This document shows positions 8,357-16,880 of a stretch of 28,235 nucleotides of DNA, in pieces. A program made the position numbers and the translations under genes. The stretch's first letter is position 1. Every line of letters starts with the position of its first letter. Origin of the DNA: Bdellovibrionales bacterium. GTDB taxonomy: Bacteria; Bdellovibrionota; Bdellovibrionia; Bdellovibrionales; JAMPXM01. The notes below the pieces were generated by a model. It had not been told where the DNA came from. It did no database searches and was given only the letters and a program-made list of their open reading frames with translations. The stretch spans positions 1 through 28,235 of the forward strand of contig JAYSYM010000590.1 in the NCBI GenBank assembly GCA_043727635.1, written 5' to 3'.

Positions 8357-8950
8357 CTGAGTCTTCTTCTCGATAGTTGAGCGCTTAGCATCGTATTGTT
8401 TACGCTGACGCTCACGCTTAACAATCTCTTGCGCTAGCTGTTTTTTGCGACGAAGAAGCTCGTTATGCTTTCGTTCTGCATTCAACATTGATTGGCGAGC
8501 AAGTTGCGAGCGCTCACGCGCATCTTTTGCCTGCTCTTGAAGAGTCGCTACTTTTGAAGTGGTTTTCGCTACTTTGCTGTCAACTTGTGACTTCTCGCGC
8601 TCAAGTTCTGCTAAGCGCTTACGAGCTTGTTCGCGACGCTTCTCGCTTGAGTCAAGACGAGTAGCCGCAACTTCTGCACGTCGCTCTGAAGCTTTTTTCT
8701 GTTTCTCTAAGCGAGCAATCTTTGCTTCGAGGCTCCTTGCGTCTTTCTCAACTTGCTTTGTCTCGATTTTAGTTTGAGTTGCAAAAGAGTCATACGCATA
8801 GCCTTCGATTTCTTCAGCTTGCGCATCATTCGCCAAGATATCAGCTTCTAAATCTAAGTTATCAAGACTTGAGTTCTGCGATCCCGCATGAGCAGACGCT
8901 GTCACTAATAGGGCTGCCAACGTAATTCCAATTAATACTTTCGCTTTCAT
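8339..8950 (-). CDS. Exported coiled-coil protein of unknown function
   Basis: GAGGTG RBS then ATG 8950 (track start 8980). Signal peptide MKAKVLIGITLAALLVTASAHA, an acidic segment, then about 130 aa rich in K/R/E/A/Q with heptad character. Confidence 0.8.
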   Translation of the reverse strand: MKAKVLIGITLAALLVTASAHAGSQNSSLDNLDLEADILANDAQAEEIEGYAYDSFATQTKIETKQVEKDARSLEAKIARLEKQKKASERRAEVAATRLDSSEKRREQARKRLAELEREKSQVDSKVAKTTSKVATLQEQAKDARERSQLARQSMLNAERKHNELLRRKKQLAQEIVKRERQRKQYDAKRSTIEKKTQKTARL

Positions 8951-8975
8951 ATAACACCTCAATAATCTGAAATTG

Positions 8976-8991
8976 AGCAATCCAGGTGCCT
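8976..8991 (-). promoter_or_regulatory. Sigma54 (-24/-12) promoter candidate
   Basis: Minus strand AGGCACCTGGATTGCT = GG-N10-GC, with GGCAC and TTGCT matching the TGGCACG-N4-TTGCW consensus. Lies 26-41 nt upstream of ATG 8950. Confidence 0.6.
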
Positions 8992-9023
8992 CCCAACGGG
9001 AGCTATGTAGCTGATTTGAGATG

Positions 9024-9058
9024 TGAAAGATTACTTTTGGCTGAAAGATTTACTTTCA
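9024..9058. promoter_or_regulatory. Tandem inverted-repeat operator/enhancer candidate
   Basis: TGAAAG-ATTA-CTTTTG (9024-9039) and perfect TGAAAG-ATTTA-CTTTCA (9042-9058), 18 bp apart, upstream of the sigma54 motif. Confidence 0.5.
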
Positions 9059-9076
9059 ATCGACCGCAGGTTGTCA

Positions 9077-10006
9077 CTATAAGTTCCTAAAGAGCTCGCC
9101 CGTAGGTACAGATTTTTGAATCAGTTTGATCTCTAGAAGCTGCTCCACGAGCTGCTGCCAACGCGCTTCAGTCATAGATCCCAACCCAGAAGTTTTCGTG
9201 TCGGGAGTTTCGATGAGGGCTCTTTGGGCTTTTTCACTTTCATTAAAGAGTTCCTGCGACATCGCCTTATTTAATTTTGCCATGTGTTTATTCGTCGGCT
9301 TTGGATTCTTCATGTAGCTTTTCCAGCCGGCGCGAACAGCTTCGACCATTGCTTTTACTTCACGCGGTCGTGAAGTGAGTGCTTCTTCTTGAACTGCAAG
9401 CACTGTCGCATAGGGATTATAACCTTCTTCAGCTACTAAAAACACGCTCACCTCTTGCTTCTGCTGCTTTGCGATCAAAGGCTCAGAAGTAACGAAAACT
9501 TGCTGCGAATATTTTTTGTCGCTCAAAAAATTACTGATTCCACCCAAGTAAGGCACTATTTTTGATTTAGCTTGTGGGTATTTCTTCTTCAGTAGGAGTG
9601 CGTAGGGCAATCCCATTTGCAAAGCAAGCGGACCTTCGCTGGTGTAAACATCTTTCAACGATTTAAATCCGCGCTCGGCATGCGCCATCACACCCTGCGG
9701 ATGAGTTTGGTAAGTTGCAAACAGTGCAACCACTTTCATTCCCCTGCTTCGCGCAATGATAACTTCATCGCCACTCACGAGCCCGTACTCGACTGATCCA
9801 AGTCCGATCATCTGAATGACCGGAGTGCCCGCTCCGCCAGGAATAATTTCGACATTTAGCTTTCGTTTTTTAAATTCACCATTTAGCTCCGCTGCATAGA
9901 AACCACCGAACTGGGGCTCGGGCTTCCAATTCAAAGCTAAGCGAGCTTTCGCTTCACAAACATTCGCTGCGAAGAACAAAGCAAGAGCGAGGAAAAGTGA
10001 GTTCAT
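9077..10006 (-). CDS. ABC transporter substrate-binding protein, NMT1/THI5 (SsuA/TauA-like) family
   Basis: Signal peptide, LNWKPEPQFGGFYAA, GGAGTP and GYNPYATVL patterns. ATG 10006 overlaps the permease stop (ATGA). AAGGA RBS (track start 10033). Confidence 0.85.
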   Translation of the reverse strand: MNSLFLALALFFAANVCEAKARLALNWKPEPQFGGFYAAELNGEFKKRKLNVEIIPGGAGTPVIQMIGLGSVEYGLVSGDEVIIARSRGMKVVALFATYQTHPQGVMAHAERGFKSLKDVYTSEGPLALQMGLPYALLLKKKYPQAKSKIVPYLGGISNFLSDKKYSQQVFVTSEPLIAKQQKQEVSVFLVAEEGYNPYATVLAVQEEALTSRPREVKAMVEAVRAGWKSYMKNPKPTNKHMAKLNKAMSQELFNESEKAQRALIETPDTKTSGLGSMTEARWQQLVEQLLEIKLIQKSVPTGELFRNL

Positions 10007-10767
10007 GTTCGTTCCTTTAGTGACGCATGCCACTTGTGAAGTAAAGCGAAAGCCGAAAGATTAACTGCTGACACTAATATGAGTCCGATAAGTGAAGACA
10101 CTAAGACTGCTGCAAAAACCAAATCAAGACGCTGAGTGGTTCGAGCCACGTCAACAACTGAACCGAGTCCGCCGCCGCCAACAAACTCTCCAACCACAGC
10201 TCCGATCACTGCTAAGCCCGCAGCGATCCTTAACCCAGAAAAGATGTAAGGCAATGCAAACGGCAGTCGAAGCTTAAACAGTGTTGTTGATTTGGGCGCT
10301 TGATAAATCTGAAAGAGATCTAAGAGCGAATGATCGGTCGATTGTAGTCCCACCAACGTGCTGGCAATCACTGGGAAGATTGAAACGATAAACGCGGATG
10401 CGATCACGGTCGGCTGACCAAATCCGAACCAAATTACCAATACGGGCGCAACGGCAATGATCGGAACAGTTTGAAAGAAAACAGCGTAAGGGTAAAAGGC
10501 TGTCTGAAGTAGCTTTGAAAGCGAAAGCACGGTCGCAACCGAAACCCCGAGAACTATGCTGAGTAGAAGTCCTGCGACTGAAGCACTTGCGGTCGATATA
10601 AATCCGTCGAACAAAGTTTCTCTTTCGTCTATGAAACAACGAAGAATTTCACTGGTAGAAGGCACGATGTAGCTCGGCACAAGACCGCTTTTAACTACGA
10701 CCTCGAGTAAAATTCCAAAAACTACAAGTGTTGCTAGCGGGATAATCCAAGTAAGTGCTTTAGGCAT
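10003..10767 (-). CDS. ABC transporter permease, NitT/TauT (SsuC-like) family
   Basis: Multiple TM segments, QTVPIIAVAPVLVIWFGFG and the EAA-loop region LFKLRLPFALPYIFSGLRIA. AGGAG RBS before ATG 10767 (track start 10779). Confidence 0.92.
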   Translation of the reverse strand: MPKALTWIIPLATLVVFGILLEVVVKSGLVPSYIVPSTSEILRCFIDERETLFDGFISTASASVAGLLLSIVLGVSVATVLSLSKLLQTAFYPYAVFFQTVPIIAVAPVLVIWFGFGQPTVIASAFIVSIFPVIASTLVGLQSTDHSLLDLFQIYQAPKSTTLFKLRLPFALPYIFSGLRIAAGLAVIGAVVGEFVGGGGLGSVVDVARTTQRLDLVFAAVLVSSLIGLILVSAVNLSAFALLHKWHASLKERT

Positions 10768-10771
10768 TCTC

Positions 10772-11518
10772 CTAAACATTACCAGCTCCGCGCACTAAAC
10801 CGTGAACAGTCTGAACTTCACGAAGAAACTCAACGCTAAGTCGTACTTGCTCAGTGCGCTCAGTGGGCAATTTAACTTTGTGATCAGCCACCAGTTTTCC
10901 GGGCCGTCCTGAGAGAATGATAATTCTATCTGCGAGGTAAACCGCTTCAGAAATTGAGTGCGTAACAAACACGATGGTTGGTTTTGCCGACAACCAACGT
11001 CGACGAAGATCATTTTGAAGCGAGAAGCGAGTGTTTTCATCGAGAGCGGCGAATGGTTCATCCAAAAGTAATAATGACGGCTCGGTGACCAGAGCACGTG
11101 CCACGGCGACTCGCATCTTCATTCCGCCAGATAATTCTTGAGGATACTTTATTGCAGCATCACCGAGGCCCATCGCGTTTAGCGATGCTTGTGCAAGCGA
11201 CGTCCGCTCATTTGCTTCAACTCCAGCTAACTCGAGCGGCAGCTCAACGTTGGCTAAACTTGTGCGCCACGGAAGGAGAGTGGCCTCCTGAAATACAAAA
11301 CTTTTTGTTGCGTGATTTATCTCAATTGACCCGGAGCTAGGCCGGTCTAAATTTGAAATTAAACGGAGCAGAGTCGATTTTCCGCATCCAGATGGACCAA
11401 GAATCGCGACAAACTCCCCAGGTGCAATTCTTAAGTCGATTTGCTCAAGAACTTTCCCGGTTTTTTTAAACTGGTGCGACACCGATTCGATTCGAACCGC
11501 TGCACCTGCTGAACTCAC
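10772..11518 (-). CDS. ABC transporter ATP-binding protein, NitT/TauT family
   Basis: Walker A GPSGCGKS, Q-loop VFQE, signature LSGGMKMR, Walker B LLLLDEPF and H-loop VTH. GTG start overlaps the gpx stop (GTGA). Confidence 0.95.
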   Translation of the reverse strand: MSSAGAAVRIESVSHQFKKTGKVLEQIDLRIAPGEFVAILGPSGCGKSTLLRLISNLDRPSSGSIEINHATKSFVFQEATLLPWRTSLANVELPLELAGVEANERTSLAQASLNAMGLGDAAIKYPQELSGGMKMRVAVARALVTEPSLLLLDEPFAALDENTRFSLQNDLRRRWLSAKPTIVFVTHSISEAVYLADRIIILSGRPGKLVADHKVKLPTERTEQVRLSVEFLREVQTVHGLVRGAGNV

Positions 11519-12147
11519 TTCAATTGCTCTTCAATTTTAGAAATGATTTTTTTATCAAGCGGCTTCGTAGACGATCCGAAGCGGCCGATCACCTTGCCTT
11601 CACTGTTGACTAAGAACTTAACGAAGTTCCAAGCGATTTCGCCAGTGAATTCACTTCCGCTTTGTTCCGTTAAAAACTTATACAAAGGCTGTTTTGCTGT
11701 GCCCTTCACCGGTAACTTTTCAAAAAGAGGGAATGTAACATCGTAGTTAACTTTGCAGAATTTTTTAATCTCTTCATTCGATGCCGGCTCTTGGCCGCCG
11801 AAGTCGTTAGTTGGGAAACCTAAAACTATAAACCCCTTGTCCTTGTACTTCCGGAAAAGGGTTTCAAGATCTTTGTACTGAGGAGTGAAGCCGCATTTCG
11901 AAGCAACATTCACGATCATCACAAGCTGCCCCTTGTAATCAGAAATATTGACCAGTTTTCCATCGATAGATTTCGCAGAGAATGCATAAACAGAGTCAGG
12001 TTTAACGAGTGCTGCTTGATCAGCTGCCTCTGGCTGGCCCGGTGTCGACTTCGGACCCGGTTGCGCGAATGAAACTTCAGAGACGATTAGCAGCCCCAAA
12101 GAAAATATCAGCGAAAAAAACAGCGAGGACAATCGAATCAACTTCAT
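11515..12147 (-). CDS. Glutathione peroxidase family protein (Cys-type) with signal peptide
   Basis: VNVASKCGFTPQY (peroxidatic Cys, TGC codon, no Sec), LGFP-T-NDFGGQEP, FC and WNFVKFLV. GGAG RBS then ATG 12147 (track start 12168). Hydrophobic N-terminal leader. Confidence 0.92.
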   Translation of the reverse strand: MKLIRLSSLFFSLIFSLGLLIVSEVSFAQPGPKSTPGQPEAADQAALVKPDSVYAFSAKSIDGKLVNISDYKGQLVMIVNVASKCGFTPQYKDLETLFRKYKDKGFIVLGFPTNDFGGQEPASNEEIKKFCKVNYDVTFPLFEKLPVKGTAKQPLYKFLTEQSGSEFTGEIAWNFVKFLVNSEGKVIGRFGSSTKPLDKKIISKIEEQLK

Positions 12148-12245
12148 AACAACTCCAGATTGGTGCAATTCCTAGAGCGTCAGTTTCTCCGAAAACGCGC
12201 CGCGCAGGCTAGCGAAAAGTCATCAGTCCTGTCAGACTGCTCGAT

Positions 12246-13388
12246 ATGTCACAGCCTAGCCAACCTTTTCATTGTGATTATTCGTCGTCATGCTCGGGTT
12301 GCGGTTGGTTTGCGAAGCCTTACTCTGATCAGAAGACCCTCAAAGTTGAATCTTTCGTCAAAGCGTGGGAACAAGCAGGACTCCCAATTCTCGATTTCAA
12401 GCCAAGGTTCGTAAGTGTTGCAGAAGCGGGACTTCGAGACCGAGTTGATCTAGTAATCGATAATCGCTCAGGCAATCAGCGTCTGGGAATGTTCGATCAA
12501 GAATACAAAGAAATTGTCGATCTACCGAACTGTCCTCAGTTAACAAAGCCTTTGCAAACTTGGCTCGACGAGTTCAGGAAAATTAAATGGCCGATCCAGC
12601 GAGGATCTGTTCGATTGCGCGTCTCACCTCACGGTGATCGCGGAGTATGGCTCGATTTTGCAAATGCCGACGTAAAACTTCTCTTAGATGAAAAATCTAT
12701 TTTTGAAAATCTTCTGACAAAATCTTTCGTCGAGGTTGGTCAACGCCGAAAGAGACTTGTCCAAGGCAACGACCGCTTGCGACTTGTCGATCCTGTTTTG
12801 CAACCTTGGTTTCAGACATTCGTTGGCGAAGAACTCACACCAACGCCACTTCTCTGTCACATCGGAGGATTTACCCAAACTGGATTTCAAGCGAACCGCG
12901 CCCTGATTGTCGAAGTTTTTAATATGACTCGGTCTCTTACAGCTCAACGAGTTGCTGAATTTGGCTCGGGAGTAGGAAACTTCACGCTGCCGCTTGCATC
13001 ACAGTTTGCAAGAGTCGATGCATTCGAAGTTGATGGACTGGCCTGTCAGGCATTGACAGAAAATTTGATGCGCGCGAATCTCGACGCAAAAGTAACTATC
13101 CATCGAGGTGACTTCCAGAATCTGAATGAACGTCGCACCTTCAACGGATCCGACTTTGATTTGATCTTTGTCGATCCGCCACGTTCGGGCTTGAAGCAGT
13201 TTTTAGATCCCCTATTCGCTTCTCAAGAGATCGCAAAGAATTTTTTATATGTTTCTTGTTATCCGGATAGCTTTTGTGTTGATGCAAAAAGACTCTACGA
13301 GCTCGGTTATACGTTAAGAAAAATAGCTATAGTTGATCAGTTTCCGCAGACACCGCACGCCGAGATAGTCGCATTCTTCAGCCTGTGA
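12246..13388 (+). CDS. RNA m5U methyltransferase, RlmD/RlmC/TrmA family (no TRAM domain)
   Basis: CDYSSSCSGC plus a later NCP ([4Fe-4S] ligands), FTQ, EFGSGVGNF (motif I), DPPRSG, YVSC (catalytic Cys) and DQFPQTPH-x-E. Confidence 0.9.
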   Translation: MSQPSQPFHCDYSSSCSGCGWFAKPYSDQKTLKVESFVKAWEQAGLPILDFKPRFVSVAEAGLRDRVDLVIDNRSGNQRLGMFDQEYKEIVDLPNCPQLTKPLQTWLDEFRKIKWPIQRGSVRLRVSPHGDRGVWLDFANADVKLLLDEKSIFENLLTKSFVEVGQRRKRLVQGNDRLRLVDPVLQPWFQTFVGEELTPTPLLCHIGGFTQTGFQANRALIVEVFNMTRSLTAQRVAEFGSGVGNFTLPLASQFARVDAFEVDGLACQALTENLMRANLDAKVTIHRGDFQNLNERRTFNGSDFDLIFVDPPRSGLKQFLDPLFASQEIAKNFLYVSCYPDSFCVDAKRLYELGYTLRKIAIVDQFPQTPHAEIVAFFSL

Positions 13389-13473
13389 ATAGTTTTGGCA
13401 AAATCGCAACAACGTCTAGTTGATTGTGCAGTAAACACAATTTGAAATCGTCGTGCTTATTGCGTAACTACGA

Positions 13474-15654
13474 GTGATGCCGCAGTTCACGCCCTTCAAC
13501 ATTAAATCTCCTTTTGGTCGAAAAGGCCCGCGCACGCGCACCGAACAATTTCTTGAACTCATATTTGAGGCGAGTCGAGCACTTGCTTCAAATCTTGATT
13601 TAGAGCAAACGCTCAAAACTGTTGCGCAACTGGCGGTTCCGCAGCTCGCTGACTGGTGCGTCGTCGACCTCATCGAAAAAGATGGTAAGCTGAATCGACT
13701 TATCACGGCTCACCAAGATCCCGGCATGGTCGAGGTGGCACACGAATTTATGCGAGCTCACCCGCCTAATTTTACTTCTGAAACTGGAATTCCGAAAGTT
13801 GCACGTACGGGTGAAACCGAAGTCGTTTACGAGATTACCGACGAAATTCTTCGTTCGATGACCACAAGCGAATCACATTTTAAAGCAATGCGTGAATTTC
13901 ACCTTCGATCAGGGATTTCAGTTCCTCTTAAGTCTGGCGCGAAAATTCTTGGAGTTATGACTTTCCTGTACGCTGAGTCTGGGCGTAAGTATTCTTCTGA
14001 AGACGTTTTCTGGGCCGAAGAGATTGGTCGAAGAGCAGCGGTTGCGGTTGAAAACTCTCTCAACTACCAAAATGCGCAGGAGCAAAGACTCAGCGCTGAA
14101 CGCGAGCTATCGCTACTAGCTGAAGTAGTTCGCAATATGCCTGCTGGAATTGTTATTGCCGAAGCACCAACGGGCAAACTGATTCTCGGGAACTCCGAAG
14201 TACAAAAGATCTTCCGTCATGCCTTCAAAGCATCTGAGAATTTCGAAGAGTATAATCTGTGGAACGGATTTAAAATTGATGGCACGCCATTCACTGCAAA
14301 TGACTGGCAGCTCGCACGCTCGGTAAAAAATGGGGAGCGCATCGTCAGTGAGGAAATGAGATTTCGTCGTGGTGATGGAACCTACGGATTTCTCTCAGTC
14401 AGTTCTGCACCGATCTATAATCGCGAAGGAAAAATAGTTGCTGGCGTTTGCGCGTTCATCGATATCACCGAAAAGAAAAATAGCGAAAACGAGCTTCGCG
14501 TAGCGAAAGAGGCCGCCGAAGCCGCCAGTCTAGCGAAAACTCGATTCCTTGCGAACATGAGTCACGAAATTAGAACTCCGCTTGGAGTTATCATCGGTCA
14601 TTTAGACTTACTATTGTCGGGGAAACAGCCCGAGGGCGAGCGACTTGAGGCGATGCAGGTGATGAAGCGTAATGCTGATCTCCTCGAGAATTTGATCGAG
14701 GATCTTTTAGATCTTTCACGAGTTGAAACCGGAAAGCTGCGCATCGAGAAAATTTCTTTCTTCTTACCAAATCTGATTAGCGATGTACTGTCGGTAGTTA
14801 AATTAAAGGCCGAAGAAAAAGGTTTAGAGTTAAGTTTCAGATTTATGAGTGATGTCCCGAACGAAATTATTTCGGATCCGACTCGAATTAAGCAAATTCT
14901 GATCAACGTTCTCGGTAATGCCGTGAAATTCACTGATCGAGGAAATATTTCAGTCAGTGTTGATTACGCGAAGCCATTTCTCTCTTTTGAAGTTACTGAT
15001 TCAGGAAAAGGGATCACACCGGAGCAAGCGGCGAGTTTGTTTCAACCCTTCACGCAAGTCGATAGTTCTGCCACTCGTCGCTTCGGCGGGACCGGGCTAG
15101 GTCTCGCACTGTCACGAAGACTTGCCCAGAGCCTAGGCGGCGAACTGCTTCTTGAGCGCTCGAAACCTGATCATGGTACGACCTTCTCAATTCGCTTACC
15201 TATCGCCGAAGGCATGAACGCAACCCCGATTCACGAGCTGCGCAGCGAGATTCAGACATTTAGTGCTCCGCAAGAAAAACGCAATCGCCTCATCAACATC
15301 AAAGTTTTGCTAGTAGATGACTCTGCCGACAATCGGCTTTTAGTTTCGAAGCTTCTCAAAATTGAAGGAGCACTTGTCGAAACTGCTGAAGACGGCGCCG
15401 ACGGAGTTCTAAAGGCTCTGGACGGCGATTTCGACCTTGTGTTGATGGACATTCAAATGCCGCGAATGGATGGTCACGAGGCTGTTCAAAACCTTCGCGC
15501 CGCAGGCTTTAACAAGCCTATCATCGCCCTCACCGCTCACGCCTTCCGTGAAGAGAAGGAACGCTGCTTACGAGTAGGCTTCAATGAGCATTTAACAAAG
15601 CCAATTCAACGAAACGATCTCGTCGAACGAATTCGAAAACTCACTCATCATTAG
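13474..15654 (+). CDS. Cytoplasmic hybrid sensor histidine kinase GAF-PAS-HisKA-HATPase-REC
   Basis: GAF (ADWCVVDL...GISVPL), PAS (VRNMPAGIVIAE...VSSAPI), H-box MSHEIRTPL, N-box GNAVKFT, DSGKGI, GGTGLGL, and receiver VDD...LMDIQMP...KP. No TM segment. Exact start (GTG 13474 or ATG 13477) uncertain. Confidence 0.95.
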   Translation: MMPQFTPFNIKSPFGRKGPRTRTEQFLELIFEASRALASNLDLEQTLKTVAQLAVPQLADWCVVDLIEKDGKLNRLITAHQDPGMVEVAHEFMRAHPPNFTSETGIPKVARTGETEVVYEITDEILRSMTTSESHFKAMREFHLRSGISVPLKSGAKILGVMTFLYAESGRKYSSEDVFWAEEIGRRAAVAVENSLNYQNAQEQRLSAERELSLLAEVVRNMPAGIVIAEAPTGKLILGNSEVQKIFRHAFKASENFEEYNLWNGFKIDGTPFTANDWQLARSVKNGERIVSEEMRFRRGDGTYGFLSVSSAPIYNREGKIVAGVCAFIDITEKKNSENELRVAKEAAEAASLAKTRFLANMSHEIRTPLGVIIGHLDLLLSGKQPEGERLEAMQVMKRNADLLENLIEDLLDLSRVETGKLRIEKISFFLPNLISDVLSVVKLKAEEKGLELSFRFMSDVPNEIISDPTRIKQILINVLGNAVKFTDRGNISVSVDYAKPFLSFEVTDSGKGITPEQAASLFQPFTQVDSSATRRFGGTGLGLALSRRLAQSLGGELLLERSKPDHGTTFSIRLPIAEGMNATPIHELRSEIQTFSAPQEKRNRLINIKVLLVDDSADNRLLVSKLLKIEGALVETAEDGADGVLKALDGDFDLVLMDIQMPRMDGHEAVQNLRAAGFNKPIIALTAHAFREEKERCLRVGFNEHLTKPIQRNDLVERIRKLTHH

Positions 15655-15684
15655 TAAATAGAAAAAAGCCTAAAAAATAACCAG

Positions 15685-16839
15685 CTAAGCTGCAGCCGCA
15701 GCCGGAAGTTTGCAGCCACACGAGCCACAAAACTTTTGATTGAGTTGATACTCAGTCTGACACTCAGAACAATTCAGTCCTGAAGATAGTTTTGGTTTTT
15801 TTATAAAACTCTCAGCGATCTCCTTAGGATCAACCGATTCTTTTTCGTTCCACCTGTCGATCTCTCGTAAGATTTTCCAATTCACAAAAGTGCGCTGCCA
15901 CTCTCTTAGATCAAACGAAATGAAAATACCTTTATCAGTTGATGACCGCTTCACGAATAATCCCTTAGCTTCAAGCGCCGAGAAACTATCGTTAGTCAAA
16001 TTCACACCGAAATCAGTTTTGAAACGTTCTTTGAGCGCACCAAATTCAAATTGCACAGCTCCGCGACGATCTGCCTCAGCAGTTTTCGCAACTTCAAGAA
16101 CCATTGCCACAGTACTTGCGCAATTCTCATCAACCTTCAGCAAGTCGAGCTTTCCCGACTTAAAGAAGTAGTATTGATAAAATTCAAAGAAGTTTTCTAT
16201 TGAGAGAAGGTCAGTGAGATGCACGAATCCTAGCTCTTCAATCGCTGGATCTTCAGGGCTCTTCACCATTTCCCACTTAGCCATCTCGAGCTTCACAAGA
16301 AGGTTAATCGCTTGTTCAATTCGCTTGGGACTTTCGAGGAAAACTTTTTGAGAATAGGCTTTCATGTTTGGCCAGTTAACTTTTAACTGCTCGCCATTCT
16401 TTTCACCCTTGTGAACCGCCGTGTGATAAATCGTTGCAAAAACTTTCGCAACTAAATCAGGAGGACAAGCACTGTTGTCTTTCTCCATCTTCGCTGACTT
16501 CACTTCATTGGTCATAAGCTTAAGTTTATCGCTCATGCTCTTTGTGAAAAGCTTCATGAGTTGGCTCTGCCCTTCGAGCAAAGTCTTTAATGCCTCAACT
16601 TTAATTTCGATAACTTTGGTTTCGACTTTAGCTACAGCAGTTGCCGAGTGCGTGTTCACACCAGAAAGTAACTGCTCACCTAAAACTTGGAAGTTCGCCA
16701 CCGTATAGAGTTCAATTTTTTGCTTTGCACGTTGCAAGAAAACAGAAACCGAGCCGGATTGGACAATGAAGATACTTGTGGCTTTGTCTCCCTCTTTAAA
16801 GAGAGTCTCACCTTTTTTAAATACTCGCGGCTCGCTCAT
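15685..16839 (-). CDS. Cyclic-nucleotide-binding (CRP/FNR-like) domain protein with C-terminal zinc ribbon
   Basis: FKKGETLFKEGD...FIVQSG-x-V and LGE...HSATAVA. C-terminal CSEC-x10-CGSC. Confidence 0.85.
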   Translation of the reverse strand: MSEPRVFKKGETLFKEGDKATSIFIVQSGSVSVFLQRAKQKIELYTVANFQVLGEQLLSGVNTHSATAVAKVETKVIEIKVEALKTLLEGQSQLMKLFTKSMSDKLKLMTNEVKSAKMEKDNSACPPDLVAKVFATIYHTAVHKGEKNGEQLKVNWPNMKAYSQKVFLESPKRIEQAINLLVKLEMAKWEMVKSPEDPAIEELGFVHLTDLLSIENFFEFYQYYFFKSGKLDLLKVDENCASTVAMVLEVAKTAEADRRGAVQFEFGALKERFKTDFGVNLTNDSFSALEAKGLFVKRSSTDKGIFISFDLREWQRTFVNWKILREIDRWNEKESVDPKEIAESFIKKPKLSSGLNCSECQTEYQLNQKFCGSCGCKLPAAAAA

Positions 16840-16880
16840 GATGGACTTATCGTCCTCAACGGTGAAACACTTAACGTGTG

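Noticed and set aside
11900-11930. Selenocysteine in the Gpx (or Msr) active site
   Set aside because: The active-site codons are Cys in uninterrupted frames, with no in-frame TGA.
12148-12245. TPP riboswitch upstream of the NMT1/THI5-type ABC operon
   Set aside because: None of the conserved TPP elements (CUGAGA, ACCUGA, AGCGUAGGGA-like) is present on the minus strand.
13394-13408. Sigma54-like TTGGCA...CGCA upstream of the kinase; also TGGCAC on the minus strand near 20312-20318
   Set aside because: GG-to-GC spacing is 7 and 11 nt respectively, not the required 10.
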